A stretch of 63,715 nt of DNA, the filler included, from Octopus bimaculoides (taxonomy: Eukaryota), in the NCBI RefSeq assembly GCF_001194135.2. It is 7 parts of 6 records of this genome, joined end to end, with 100 filler letters (N's around TTAATTAATTAA, not from the genome) between each part and the next. Parts side by side here need not be neighbours in the genome. Positions count along the whole stretch, not along the records: positions 24,185 to 51,638 come from NC_069000.1; 6 more parts are not named here. The stretch is one strand, 5' to 3'. Of this stretch, positions 36,726 through 48,588 are shown piece by piece; position 1 is the stretch's first letter; each line of letters starts with the position of its first letter. The position numbers were made by a program, and so were the translations under genes. Under the pieces are notes generated by a model, which saw nothing but the letters and a program-made list of their open reading frames with translations, was not told the origin of the DNA and made no database searches.

Positions 36726-37654
36726 ATGCACGCACGCACGTATGTGTGCCTGTGAGTTCATGTTTGGAAATATGTCTAGGTCTACACTCTGTAATTTCGA
36801 TGTTTTGCATTGAAAAGTAAAGTCAGGTTTCTTTTAATTTCATGTTTTTGCATGAACAAACATTTGTACAATATTTACAAATTAGGAAAATAAAACCACA
36901 TATTATAGAGCTGTTTTTTTTCTTTTTTTCTTAAGGTGTCAGAAAAAAGATGAGAAGCTTTAAGAGAATTTTCCNNNNNNNNNNNNNNNNNNNNNNNNNN
37001 NNNNNNNNNNNNNNNNNNNNNNNNNNNNNNNNNNNNNNNNNNNNNNNNNNNNNNNNNNNNNNNNNNNNNNNNNNNNNNNNNNNNNNNNNNNNNNNNNNNN
37101 NNNNNNNNNNNNNNNNNNNNNNNNNNNNNNNNNNNNNNNNNNNNNNNNNNNNNNNNNNNNNNNNNNNNNNNNNNNNNNNNNNNNNNNNNNNNNNNNNNNN
37201 NNNNNNNNNNNNNNNNNNNNNNNNNNNNNNNNNNNNNNNNNNNNNNNNNNNNNNNNNNNNNNNNNNNNNNNNNNNNNNNNNNNNNNNNNNNNNNNNNNNN
37301 NNNNNNNNNNNNNNNNNNNNNNNNNNNNNNNNNNNNNNNNNNNNNNNNNNNNNNNNNNNNNNNNNNNNNNNNNNNNNNNNNNNNNNNNNNNNNNNNNNNN
37401 NNNNNNNNNNNNNNNNNNNNNNNNNNNNNNNNNNNNNNNNNNNNNNNNNNNNNNNNNNNNNNNNNNNNNNNNNNNNNNNNNNNNNNNNNNNNNNNNNNNN
37501 NNNNNNNNNNNNNNNNNNNNNNNNNNNNNNNNNNNNNNNNNNNNNNNNNNNNNNNNNNNNNNNNNNNNNNNNNNNNNNNNNNNNNNNNNNNNNNNNNNNN
37601 NNNNNNNNNNNNNNNNNNNNNNNNNNNNNNNNNNNNNNNNTCCCACAAGGGCAG

Positions 37655-37772
37655 CTTGGGACAGGTGGAGAATAGTTGATTATATCGACCCCGTGTTCAA
37701 CTGGTACTTACTTTTTAGACCCCGAAAGGATGAAAGGCAAAGTCGACTTCAGCAGAATTTGAACTCAGAACA
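37655..37772 (-). mobile_element. SINE family B fragment
   Basis: ccccgaaaggatgaaaggcaaagtcgacttcagcagaatttgaactcagaac. Confidence 0.8.
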
Positions 37773-38105
37773 TAGAGATAAGCACAAACCTCCCATCGCT
37801 ACACTGATTCTGCAGAACAGGGTTGAGTGTGAAAACCAACTTTAAAGTGTAAATACAGATGTTTTTGAATACACACTCATACATACATACCTACAAATAC
37901 ACACATACATACAAATATCTGTCAGTCTCTTCCAAATACGATCAACAGTCAAATATTTATTCCCTACAAACTGAATTTTTTTAATCATCTTTCTTAAAAC
38001 GTATTTACTTACTACCATATATATATATAGAGACACAGAATACACATTAATACACACATACAAATATCTGTCATTTTTTTATATTTAGTGTGTGTGTATT
38101 GCCCA

Positions 38106-39611
38106 TCTTAATATATAATGCTGAAGTTCTGTATCTGTGTGGAGCCTTTTTAAAAGTTTATAGAAATCCACATTTTCCACATCAGTGGAATTTTCTCGAT
38201 GTTAACTTTCCAGTGCAGTAATTAGATTTTTTAAATTCCGTTTACTTTGTGTGATTTAAGGGAGATTTGGCTGTTGTTTCTAGCAACTTTTATATTTCTT
38301 CCCTTCTACCTGTACCGGCGTTCTTACACATTGATCACGCGCTCAACATATAATATACAGAATAAGAGTAAAAGAGGGAGAGAGAGGGGAGAGAGAGAGA
38401 GAAAGTGATACATACAAAGTCAAAGATTAACTTGCTTTAAGACTATTCTTTCCTTCTACCTTTTCACTCTTACTTCGTTCTTCCTCTCTCCCATTTAATA
38501 GCTTTCTTCTATCCCTCTACCTCTAACATCTTTTTCATAACATAGAAATGTAAAAACACACACAACCACACATACATGATCTGTGACAACAACATACACA
38601 TAAACACATCAACATTATAGATATAAGATTTAGTTTCTGTGTGTTTCTTATATAAACACGTGCACGCATTGCTATTTTATAACTGTCTTCCATTCTCCCT
38701 TCCTCTCTTTCTTCATTGCTCCGGTTCTCTATTCCTTTCTCCCCTTCTCTCGCTCTCTCAAACGCATACACGTGCACATACACACAAGCATTCACTACAA
38801 TCTAACTCATGTTCATCAATGTTTTATAAATATACAAACTACAGAGCTTATGGACAACACATTGCAAATCAGTGAACTTCATTACAAATGTGGGTAATTT
38901 TTCAGATTAACACCTGCACGAGGGTGTTAGGGTTACGGTTTTTGGGTCAGGGTTAGGGTTAGGGTTAGTGTTACGGTTTTAGGGTCAGGGTTAGGGTTAT
39001 GTAATCGTGCGGGTATTAATCTGTAAAATTACAGAAATGTGAAAACTACCGACCCTGCCATCTATTATAACTTTTGTTGTTCTGTTTAATATGTACATAG
39101 ATTATGCCTCCAAAGAAGAGAGCTTGCTGGGGAAAGAAAGCAACCGGTTTAAAAAGACAGCAACAGACTGCAGCAATTCACCACATTCCAGAAGCTACTT
39201 TGTACATAATGCAAAATGGTGCATCAACATCTACTGCCCAATCTGATAGAATTCTGGCAGAACTGTGCAGCAACAGATTGCCAGCAATTGCTTCATCAGA
39301 AATTGCCGTCCTACCTCCTGCGAAAAGGAATTACCCTGCTATGTATAATCAAGGCAGCGCAAAAAGTTGTTTTGCACAAGCATTTGTATAGCCAATTAGA
39401 CGGATGAAATTGACGTATACTTAATAATGTTACGCAAAACAGCCTTCAGACTTTCCCTATTAATTTCATTGTCTTTTGAATTATGAACATATTTACATCA
39501 TAAGGGTTTTTTTTCATTGTAAGGCTTTCTTTTTTAGTTGATTTTCACCTACCAAGACATCGTAGATGGCGTAATAAGTCACACCCAGACAACGTTGGGT
39601 TAGACTGCTAG
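38106..39611 (+). mobile_element. Putative non-autonomous Helitron
   Basis: A|TCTTAATATATAA 5' end; subterminal palindrome cccagacaacgttggg then CTAG|T 3' end; contains (GA)n, an inverted-repeat-flanked TTAGGG block and a 95-codon ORF. Confidence 0.55.
38894..39032. repeat. 28-bp inverted repeats enclosing degenerate (TTAGGG)n
   Basis: gtaatttttcagattaacacctgcacga / tcgtgcgggtattaatctgtaaaattac (3 mismatches). Confidence 0.8.
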
Positions 39612-39702
39612 TTGAAAAATAAAGCCAGGTTTCAAATTCATGTTTTACATGAACAAAATATTTACAAATTAGAATAACCTAATNNNNNNNNNNNNNNNNN
39701 NN

Positions 39703-39749
<47 letters not shown>

Positions 39750-39971
39750 ATATATATATACCTGAATATTTATAGAGTATCAGGTTTCCAATATTGGAGC
39801 TACATTTATATAAATGAACAACCTGTTTGCACATTCACAATTTTATTTGATAAGTTCAAAAACGAACGAAATTCTGGCCACCTCCATTTTTCTCAATATA
39901 CAATATCTGTACATTACTTCTAACACTCTAAATACACACACACACACACACAGAAACACAAATATATTACT

Positions 39972-40233
39972 TGTTAAGGTTATCTCTACAGATTTTCCAT
40001 AGAAATTATAGCCAGCTCTATAAACAATGAGATCACAGACGAAAAATGGGTAATGGGCATACATGCAATATTTCAGGAATTTTTACTCTTTCATCAACAC
40101 CCATCCAACTCATTAATTATCCACAAACTCATTATTTAAATAGCCAATATCCAATAACGTCTTGGATATAAAACATAGCAAAATCAGTGGTGGCTATAAA
40201 TTCTATAGAAAATCCATAGAGATAACCTTAACA
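39972..40233. mobile_element. MITE-like element with 43-bp TIRs
   Basis: tgttaaggttatctctacagattttccatagaaattatagcca versus its reverse complement at 40191-40233 (4 mismatches). Confidence 0.7.
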
Positions 40234-41214
40234 CAGTAGAACACAATATTGACTTATAAAAATATTTAATGTACTTTGTAGTATATTATGGTTGCATAAT
40301 AAAATACAGGTCATACATATACATTATATATATAAATACTCACTTATATATTATAGATATATAAGTAAAATTAGTTCTCTAGTTCATTTGCTAGTTCACT
40401 CTTTTGCCTATTGACTTCAAGCTTCACCCTGCAAAATGGTATGATTCTAATATATTGAGCCTTCTGGCCTCGTCTCGAGGCCCTGTTCTTTCCTCTTCCC
40501 TCTTTTATTTTATGCATTTGTATTCAGTTTGATGAAGCTCCATGTATGTGCTATAAAGATAAATATCATTTTTAGAATTTTCTTTGTAAGCACCAACTGA
40601 CATTGGCAGCTGAAACATCCGAAAGAAATGTTATGTTATGTTTTGTATTAAAACATAATTAACCAATGTTGGTCAATTTGTTTGTTTGTTGATCAAAAGG
40701 TTTCCCCATTTTCAGCTTATTTAAATTTATATATGTGTGTGTGTGTGTTTGTATGTATAGGATATTATAGGATTCACTATGTTCAAACATATAGGAAGGA
40801 CAGGAAAGCTATGATTTGTGAGTTGGAAGCAAAAAATGTTTCATTATGGATGTGACAAGCATATATATTCAGCTCTAAACCCTTTGTTTTTATATACAAG
40901 ATCTTAGTGGACAAAAAAAAAAAAGAATCAGCCAGATAGTTTGCAATTTTGTGTTGGGATTTCATTCCGAGTATCACTGCAGTTTGTTTCTTTTACCTTC
41001 ACCTGTTTTAACACTTGGTGACATAAAATGTCTACACAACCAAATCACCATTGCATTTTCCTTGTTCAGCTGGCTTGGACTTGACATTTTGAGTATTCTA
41101 TGGCCAGATACACTTCTTGATGCCAACCCTTGTTTTATTTCATCAAATTGCCTAACTGCCGAACTTTTGTGTATGTGGTATGTAATGTCACAAATGCTTA
41201 AACAGTTTTCTTGC

Positions 41215-41410
41215 AAAGACATGAACAGACAACCACATGATTTCGGGTTCAGTGCCATGGTGTGACACCTTGGGCAAGTGTCTTCAACTATAGGCTCAGG
41301 CCAACCAAAGCCTTGTGAGTGAATTTGGTAGACGGAGACTGAAAAAAAGCATGTGTATATATATTTGTGTATAGGTGTATGTTAGTATTTCCTTGACTTG
41401 ACATCATATG
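41215..41410 (+). mobile_element. SINE family A, partial
   Basis: gggttcagtgccatggtgtgacaccttgggcaagtgtcttc...ttggtagacggagactgaaa. Confidence 0.75.
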
Positions 41411-41629
41411 TGACGTTTTACAGATTTTTAAAAAGTTACTTTATTTCAATTTATCTTTTCTTTTAATCATGACATTTTTTTAAGGCACACTCAAAGGGAC
41501 ATAACTTAAAAGATATTAAATTGAAACATCATGTTACATTCTTCTTATCGCAGGAGGGATTAGAAGTTATGAATTAGTTTATGTGCTAGGTATTTATGCT
41601 CTATATGAAGTTCTTACATTTTACTGGAG

Positions 41630-44270
41630 AAATAAGCTTTTTTATTCTCACAGGAAAGCCTGATGGCACAGGTGGTTGGTCAGTCTGCACTTGAGGTAGT
41701 ATGAGCCAGGTACACTGAGCCATAGCAACTGCAAGGCCAGCACTCCTGTAGGTTGATGCTGATGGATCATTGTCTCTGATCTGTTGAGCTGGTAAACTGA
41801 AAGTGGTCTGTCTTTTGTGGATTGTATAATTTCTGCTGACATTTATCAATTTCTTGATGTGCATCACTAATTCTTTGAAGAACATTGTTTTACTTATTTT
41901 TGGTATGACTATGCATTTATTTACCTTTAGTCACTCAGCCATCCCATACTGATAGGCATTCTTTCAATGATCAGTGGTCTCTCATAAGTTTCGGTATATC
42001 TTTCAGTCTCTGGCCAGCCACCCAAAGTTATTTGTTTTAGTATTTTTAATTCTTCATCTTCTGTAGCTCTCTTTGCTTCAGTACTGACATATCAACAGTA
42101 TGTAGTATAAGATCTAATTCAATTTCTTTACCTTGTGTTGACTGTTTCCTTGATAAATAATTGAGAACTCTCATTTCTTTACCAGGTGATTTGAACATCA
42201 TACAATTGTAACCTTAACAACATTCTTTACAGTCTTGGGGGTGCTTGTGCAATATTTTCTGTATATTTTCCAATAGTTTGTGGTTGATTCAATTTGGAAC
42301 TTTTTCTTGTACAAATTTTCACACCACTGCAAGTAGCTCTCTTTCTATGTCAGCATATCTTAACTCAGCATCAGACGTCTTTTTTTTCCAAATGCAACAA
42401 TTTTGTTATCATTGATTGGTGTTGCATCTAGGCCAAACATGCTTGAATCTACTTGCATCACAGCAGATTTGAAACAAGCTAGGTAAACATTGTCATGAAC
42501 ACAATTTTTCTATTTTTAAAAAGCTTTTTCATGTGTTATTCCACTGCCATTCATTATCTTTCTTGAGTAGTGATCTCAGTGGAACTGTTCTAGAACTAAG
42601 TTTTGGTATGTACAAGGGAGTGCTTAAAAGTTCCTGGTTCTAAGGGCATCACGAAAGGCTTGGTTGGAGGCCCAACTTTCAGAGTTCTTTTTCAGAGGTT
42701 TTGTGTTAAGCTCTTTTAAAGCATTTATTCAGTGATTTTGGATCAAAGCATGTACATAAACACAACCTTTTTTTTTTTTTTTCTGCTACAAGTAATTACA
42801 TTCACCCAGTTTATTGGTTCACTACTTTTGTTGGTCCATTTACAAGATCTTCCATTTTCTCTAATTCTTTCTTCACTTCAACCTTTAAGTGCACTATAGT
42901 TTCTTGGAAGTTAGACTATTGGTGTGGTGCTCTCAACCATGTGTCTTTTTTTGGCTCTCTGGAAAATTTCCAATACCCTGAAATATGTCAGGGTAATGGT
43001 TCCCTAACATTTTCAGACTGCTTCCCACTTGGCACCCATGTCACACTTCTAGTGTCCCACCCATCATAACCACAAACGCACACCTCTTTCAAAACAATTG
43101 TATTTCACAAATAAAACTTAACCTAATTAACCCATTATTTTGGTGTTTTTACGATATGAAAGACTAAATTTACATCCCACTTGTAACTACTGTGTTTTCA
43201 TATTTTTAATGTGACGGATGTACATTGTGCATGGATAACAGCTACTTGGCATCCAGTGTTCAATAATTTTCAGTCTGTTTCTTTGCTTAGAAAAAATCTG
43301 GGCAACTGCACTGAAGCCTTGCTGGGCAGGCAATAAAATACACCTTGACTTTATTTCTGCGCAGGATAGCAGTCAGAAAGGACCTTTTGCAATCAAAAAT
43401 CCTGACATGAATTTTTTTGAACTTTGATCTTTCCTCAATGTCATTTTTAAAGTGAAACCAGTTCTTCCTCTACTATTCTTGTTTCCTCATTACTGATATC
43501 TAGGAATCACTCAGACTGCCAAATTGGTATTTTAATCAAACATAAATATCTGAAATCTATCAGACATGTCTCTGTGCAGCTCATCCAGGTGTGAACAACA
43601 CACTTAAATGTCATCTTCTGGTATGCATTCTTCCTTCTCCAATTCAAAGAGGCTCAAGAAACTGGATGAACCAATGTCAGCTTATGTAAAATTTGAATAG
43701 CTGTAACTTGGACAGAAACATGGAGAGGGCTAGTTTTACTTTGATAAGGTTTAACCACATTTACTTGCAGTTGCAAATTCACTTCAATGAATATTGTGAA
43801 TATATGTGCCATATAAGCAATGTTTCTTGAGTCATCACAAAGAACAGAATAAGAGTTTTGCAAGAATTCAACAAGTGTTTTAAAAAGAGAAACTTTCAGG
43901 GAGTTTTTTTGATAGACACTGAACTTATGTTTGCAACAACAAACGTTCATAATCTTTATCATTCTGAGTACAGAGCTATAGAAACAGTGGGGGAATTGTA
44001 GCATGAGCCTTGTTTTTATTTACTGCTGTAATAACAGTGCTCATTGATTTGTTAAATCTACCACATGGGTTACTTGCAACCAGATATTGCCTGTGGATTA
44101 TAGAGTGCACTGTAAATGTACTACATATAAGGTTTTCAATAAGCTGATGAAGCAGTAACAACACCATTGATGATAGGTTGTCACTCAAATATGAAATACT
44201 GACTCCTCTTCTGTATCTGTTTCTTACAAATAATAGCTCTTCAACCAAACATTAATCTTTGACAAAGCAA
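41630..44270 (-). mobile_element. Ty3/Gypsy LTR retrotransposon internal remnant (gag/protease, RT start, RNase H, integrase start); most of RT deleted
   Basis: HYPDIFQGIGKFP (about 42990); MQVDSSMFGL and DAELRYADIERELLAVV (42460-42320); SPGKEM; a mariner-like TIR fragment at about 42610. LTRs not identified. Confidence 0.7.
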
Positions 44271-45017
44271 ACATAAGCAAGAAACATACTTTTATTGCTT
44301 GGCAAAGGAAACAAATCTAAATTTGGTTGTAAACTAAATTTGGTTGTTCTAAGTATGTTGCACAATATATCAACAATGTAATAATATTCCACATTTTGAA
44401 ACATTTGTAATGTGCATTTATAGGAAAAAAAATTTCATACTTCCAATTCTTCATTTAATTTTCACAAAATAAGAAAAAAAGAGTAATTCCAATGTATGCA
44501 TGATGGTTTTTCCAAAAACTTTTCTGTAAGGGTATAAAAATGTTTCAAAATGTGGAATACTACAGGACAAAAAGTAATTAAAAAAGGTGGTGGCTTGTGT
44601 TCTGAAGGTACAATGAGAAGATGGGTAGACATTTAAAAAAAGCATGGATCAAAAAGTTTTAAAGGAAGTCAGCCCACAAGTTGTTTGAAAGATGGGATAT
44701 TATAACATGTACAAAAATCATGACCAAAAAAAAAAAAAAGAGAATTTCCAATTTATGTAACAGCTATTCTGAAAGTCCTACAAATATAAATTAAATATTA
44801 TTTTTTTAATTCATTGAGTTTCTAAAATATTTGAAAAATTGCATCCCAGTTCAAACTCTACTAGGATAATGTACACTAATTCTAAAAAGAAATTATTATA
44901 GTACTTTATATTTAGAATAGCTGTTATTTTAATCAATGTATGAATCTGTCAAGTCAGACCTATTTTTTAAAAATAAATGTACAAAGACAAATTCTGATTA
45001 ATATTACGTTCATAGAA

Positions 45018-45222
45018 AGTGGCACACTGGCAGAAACATTAGCATGCCAGGCAAATTGCTTAGCAGTATTTCGTCCAGAGTTGAAATACTGCCAGGGTTA
45101 ACTTTGACTTTCATCCTTTTGGGGTTGATAAAATAAATACCAGTTAAGCACTGGAGTCAATTTAATCAACATTGCCCTGCCCTCCCTGAAATTTCTGGCC
45201 TTGTACCAAAATTTGAAACCAA
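45018..45222 (+). mobile_element. SINE family B
   Basis: ctggcagaaacattagcatgcc...tttcatccttttggggttgataaaataaataccag...ggccttgtaccaaaatttgaaacc. Confidence 0.8.
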
Positions 45223-45434
45223 TAATGCATTCATAAAATGTATTAAAATAATTAGATTAATAGTCAAAATACCAAATTATGGAAGATATGAGAATTGTTT
45301 ATCGTTACCCTAAATTTTAAGGCTAAAACTATATACTCAAGATAATACCCATGTCAAATACATTGAAGTCAAGATTGTAGTTTAAAACAGAAATGATTTG
45401 TTTAGTAATCAGTCTCTCTCACTCTGTAAATATT

Positions 45435-45620
45435 CTTTTATTCTTTTACACGTTCCAGTCATTTGACTGCAGCCATACTGGAGCACCACTGTAAAGGGTT
45501 TTAGTTGAAGAAATCAACCCCAGGATTTATTTCATCAGTCTCTTTTGCCGAATCACTAAACTATGAGGACATAAACACTTCACCATTGGTTGTCAGGCGA
45601 TGGTGGGGGGGAGACAAACA
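45435..45620 (-). mobile_element. SINE family A, 3' half
   Basis: ccagtcatttgactgcagccatactggagcacc...tctcttttgccgaatc. Confidence 0.75.
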
Positions 45621-45689
45621 CAGACATAAAGACAAACACACACAAATATATATATATATATATATATAAAATAACATAAATAATATATA

Positions 45690-46000
45690 ATTATATGCAT
45701 ATATCCATACATATATGTACATACCTATATCTATATCTATACATACATGCATATATGGGTACAGGACATCACAAAAAATGTTAAACACAATGAGAAACGA
45801 AAACATAAAGATGAAGACAGAAAACGAACTTTTTTTGAACAACGAAAAAAATCAAACAGAGAAACGAGACATGCAACATAAAGAATATTACCCTCCTTCA
45901 GTTGTCCCTGTTCCATCTACTCCGCGTTTCAAAGGCAAGGACAATACGCGACTTCGTTGGAACAGTTCTTCCCGCAAAATACAGATTAATCAAATTTGGA
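45690..46000 (-). mobile_element. Dispersed repeat hosting the permuted hammerhead-like RNA
   Basis: One end (atatgggtacaggac...aaaaaatg) recurs in opposite orientation at about 6500-6650; the ribozyme-like segment has a sibling at 9161-9210. Confidence 0.5.
45891..45950 (-). ncRNA. Putative hammerhead ribozyme in non-circularly permuted (pseudoknotted) topology; this copy has an A9G core change
   Basis: CGCGU A UUGUCCUUG CCUUU GAAACGCG (12-nt linker) CAGGGACAA CUGAAGG AGGG: 5-bp stem III and 9-bp stem I fully paired; GUA cleavage triplet. Confidence 0.55.
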
Positions 46001-46787
46001 ATTTAGTTAATTTGTGCGTGTATATATATATATATATATATATATACTCAAACCAAACATGAACAAGCAAAAAAAAAACAACAACGTGAGGACATGGAAT
46101 AAGTACAGTGTTATTGGACACTCAGGAAAGGAAAGAAAAGAAAGAGGATCTCACATTTCGAGCGAAATATAGAAAAAGTCCAAAGAAGGGAAGACGGAGA
46201 AAGAAAATCGCCAACAATACACATGTGGTCACATATTGAAATGACCGGAAGGGAATGGGTGAAGAAGAAGTTCTTTCAAAGACAGGAGAGTGCAAGAGAA
46301 GTAGGTATATGTATGTGCGTACATGCAGGTCTGTGTGTGTGTAATGATAGCACGTGTATGCGTGCTTGTGTGTGTGTGTGTGGCTGTTTATGTATGTGTG
46401 TGGTTGGACTTAGTATTGTTTAAGGTCATAGGAAGAATTTATAGCAAGAATTTTGGTAGGAGTGGCTGTCTGTTGTGTCTACCTACACATGTTCATAGGA
46501 GAATGGTCAGTAGAAAGGTACTGGTAGTTTGAAGTATGTGTGTACGTGTAAGTATATGTAGTGTGTGTGTGCTTGTTTGCAGTGTGTGTGTATATATGTG
46601 CGTGTACGTGAGGTTGTGGATGTATGTGTGTGTATGTGAGGTGTATATGTATGTGTGTATGCATGAGGTTGTGTCTGTGGAGTAATTGTACGTTACTGTG
46701 TGTGTGCGTGTGTGTACATGTATGTATAATTGTGTGCGTGTATGTATGAGTGTTTGCTGTGTGTGTATGGGATGTATGTGTGGGTTG

Positions 46788-46955
46788 GACGGTTCAACCA
46801 GAGTCTGGGAAGCCAGGAGGCTGCACCAGACTCCAGTTTGATCCTAACGCCAACCACTCTGTGAGTGTAGTGGGTGCTTTTTACATGCCACCAGCACAGA
46901 GGGCTAGAAGAGGCTGGCAATGGCCATGATCGGTGCTTTTTACGTGCCACCAACA
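46788..46955 (-). mobile_element. RTE-type 3' tail fragment
   Basis: gggttggacgg...cctaacgccaaccactctgtgagtgtagtgggtgctttttacatgccacc. Confidence 0.75.
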
Positions 46956-47319
46956 ATGTACTGTTCCGTGACAGAAATTTCAACAAAAAAATGTACCCCA
47001 TCTGGTGAGAGATGTTATTTATTTAACAAATATAATACATGTCTTTCAGTACTACTAATAGTTTCATATGTTGAGAAATATCTCAAACATATCCATCAAG
47101 CACAAACCATATATCATAACAAAGTGAAAAAATTAAATAATAGAAAAAATGTGAAAAAACTGAGAAGGCAGCATATAGAAAATGCCAAAAGTTTAAAAAA
47201 TGGAAAACGAAAACACAAATGTTAAAATGTAAACATTAAAAAGGTAAAAGAGTTATCCTACTTAGATCTTAAATTAGAAAGATGTCAACAAGCTAATCAG
47301 GAATCGGCGGAATTTTCCA

Positions 47320-48588
47320 ATTCTTCAAAATATGTGCAGAGAACAACTTTTACCACATTCCAGGGAGAAAAACTAGAAGTAGTTGATTGCAGGGGTGGGA
47401 GCTCTGAAAGTGTAGCTGCTAGAATAAGAATAGCATGGGCAAAGTTCAGAGAGCTCCTACTCTGCTGGTGACAAAGAGCCTCTTGCTCAGAGTAAAAGGC
47501 NNNNNNNNNNTACTCTGCTGGTGACAAAGAGCCTCTTGCTCAGAGTAAAAGGCAGACTGTATGATGCCTGTGTATGAACAGCCATGCTACATGGCAGTGA
47601 AACATGGGCCTTGATTGCTAAGAACAAGCGTAAGCTTGCAAGGAACAAAGCCACTATGCTCCGCTAGATGTGTAATGTCAGTGTGCATACTCGACAGAGT
47701 GTAAGTGCCTTGAGAGAAAAGTTGGACCTAAGAAGCATCAGATGTGGTGTGCAAGAGAGATGACTGTGTTGGTATGGTCATGTGGTGCGAATGGATGAGG
47801 ATAACTGTGTGAAAAAGTGTCACACCCTAGTGGTTGAGGGAAACTGTGGAAGAGGTAGACCTAGGAAGACCTGGGCTGAGGTGGTGAAGCACAACGTTCG
47901 AATATTAGGCCTCACCGAGGCAATGACTAGTAACCAAAACCTTCAGAGATATGCTGTGCTTGAGAAGACCCGGCAAGCCAAGTGAGACCATAACCCGTAG
48001 CCTATGCCAGTGGTGTAACCAACCACTTAGGCGTACCTTTCTTTCATTGGACACTAAACTCTGCTGGTGAAGACCTGTTGAGGCAAGTGAAATCGAAATC
48101 AAATTCGATGACAGCATCACATGACTGGCATCTGTGCTAGTGGAGCGCTAAGAACACCATCCAAGCGCGATCGTTGCCAGGGCCGCTGACTGGCCCCCAT
48201 GCCAGTGGCATGTAAAAAGCACCATTCGAGCATTAGCGTTACCAGCATCGCCTTACTGGCACTTGTGCTGGTGGTACGTGAAAAACAACATTCGAGGAAG
48301 GACGTTGCAAGTGCTGCTGGACTGGCTCCTGTGCAGGTGAGATGTAAAAACACCATTTGAGCCTGGCAATTGCCAGTACCACCTGACTGGCCCTCATGCC
48401 GGTGGCACGTAAAAGTACCCACTACACTCTCGGAGTGGTTGGCGTTAGGAAGGGCATCCAATTGTAAAAACTCTGCCAGATCAGATTGGAGCCTGGTGCA
48501 GCCATCTGGCTCACCAGTCCCCAGTCAAACCGTCCAACCCAAGCCAGCATGGAAAGCGGATGTTAAACGATGATGATGATGATGATGA
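47320..48588 (+). mobile_element. RTE LINE 3' end (RT C-terminus, 3' UTR, (GAT)n tail)
   Basis: FQGEKLEVVD; ARIRIAWAKFREL; KGRLYDACV; LHGSETWA; GRGRPRKTW; tail gttaaacgatgatgatga. Confidence 0.9.

Noticed and set aside
38925-39000. True telomere or chromosome-fusion site
   Set aside because: Short, degenerate, and enclosed by inverted repeats within a mobile-element-like context.
47458-47553. 43-bp direct repeat on either side of a 10-N gap
   Set aside because: Exact contig-overlap artefact within the RTE fragment.
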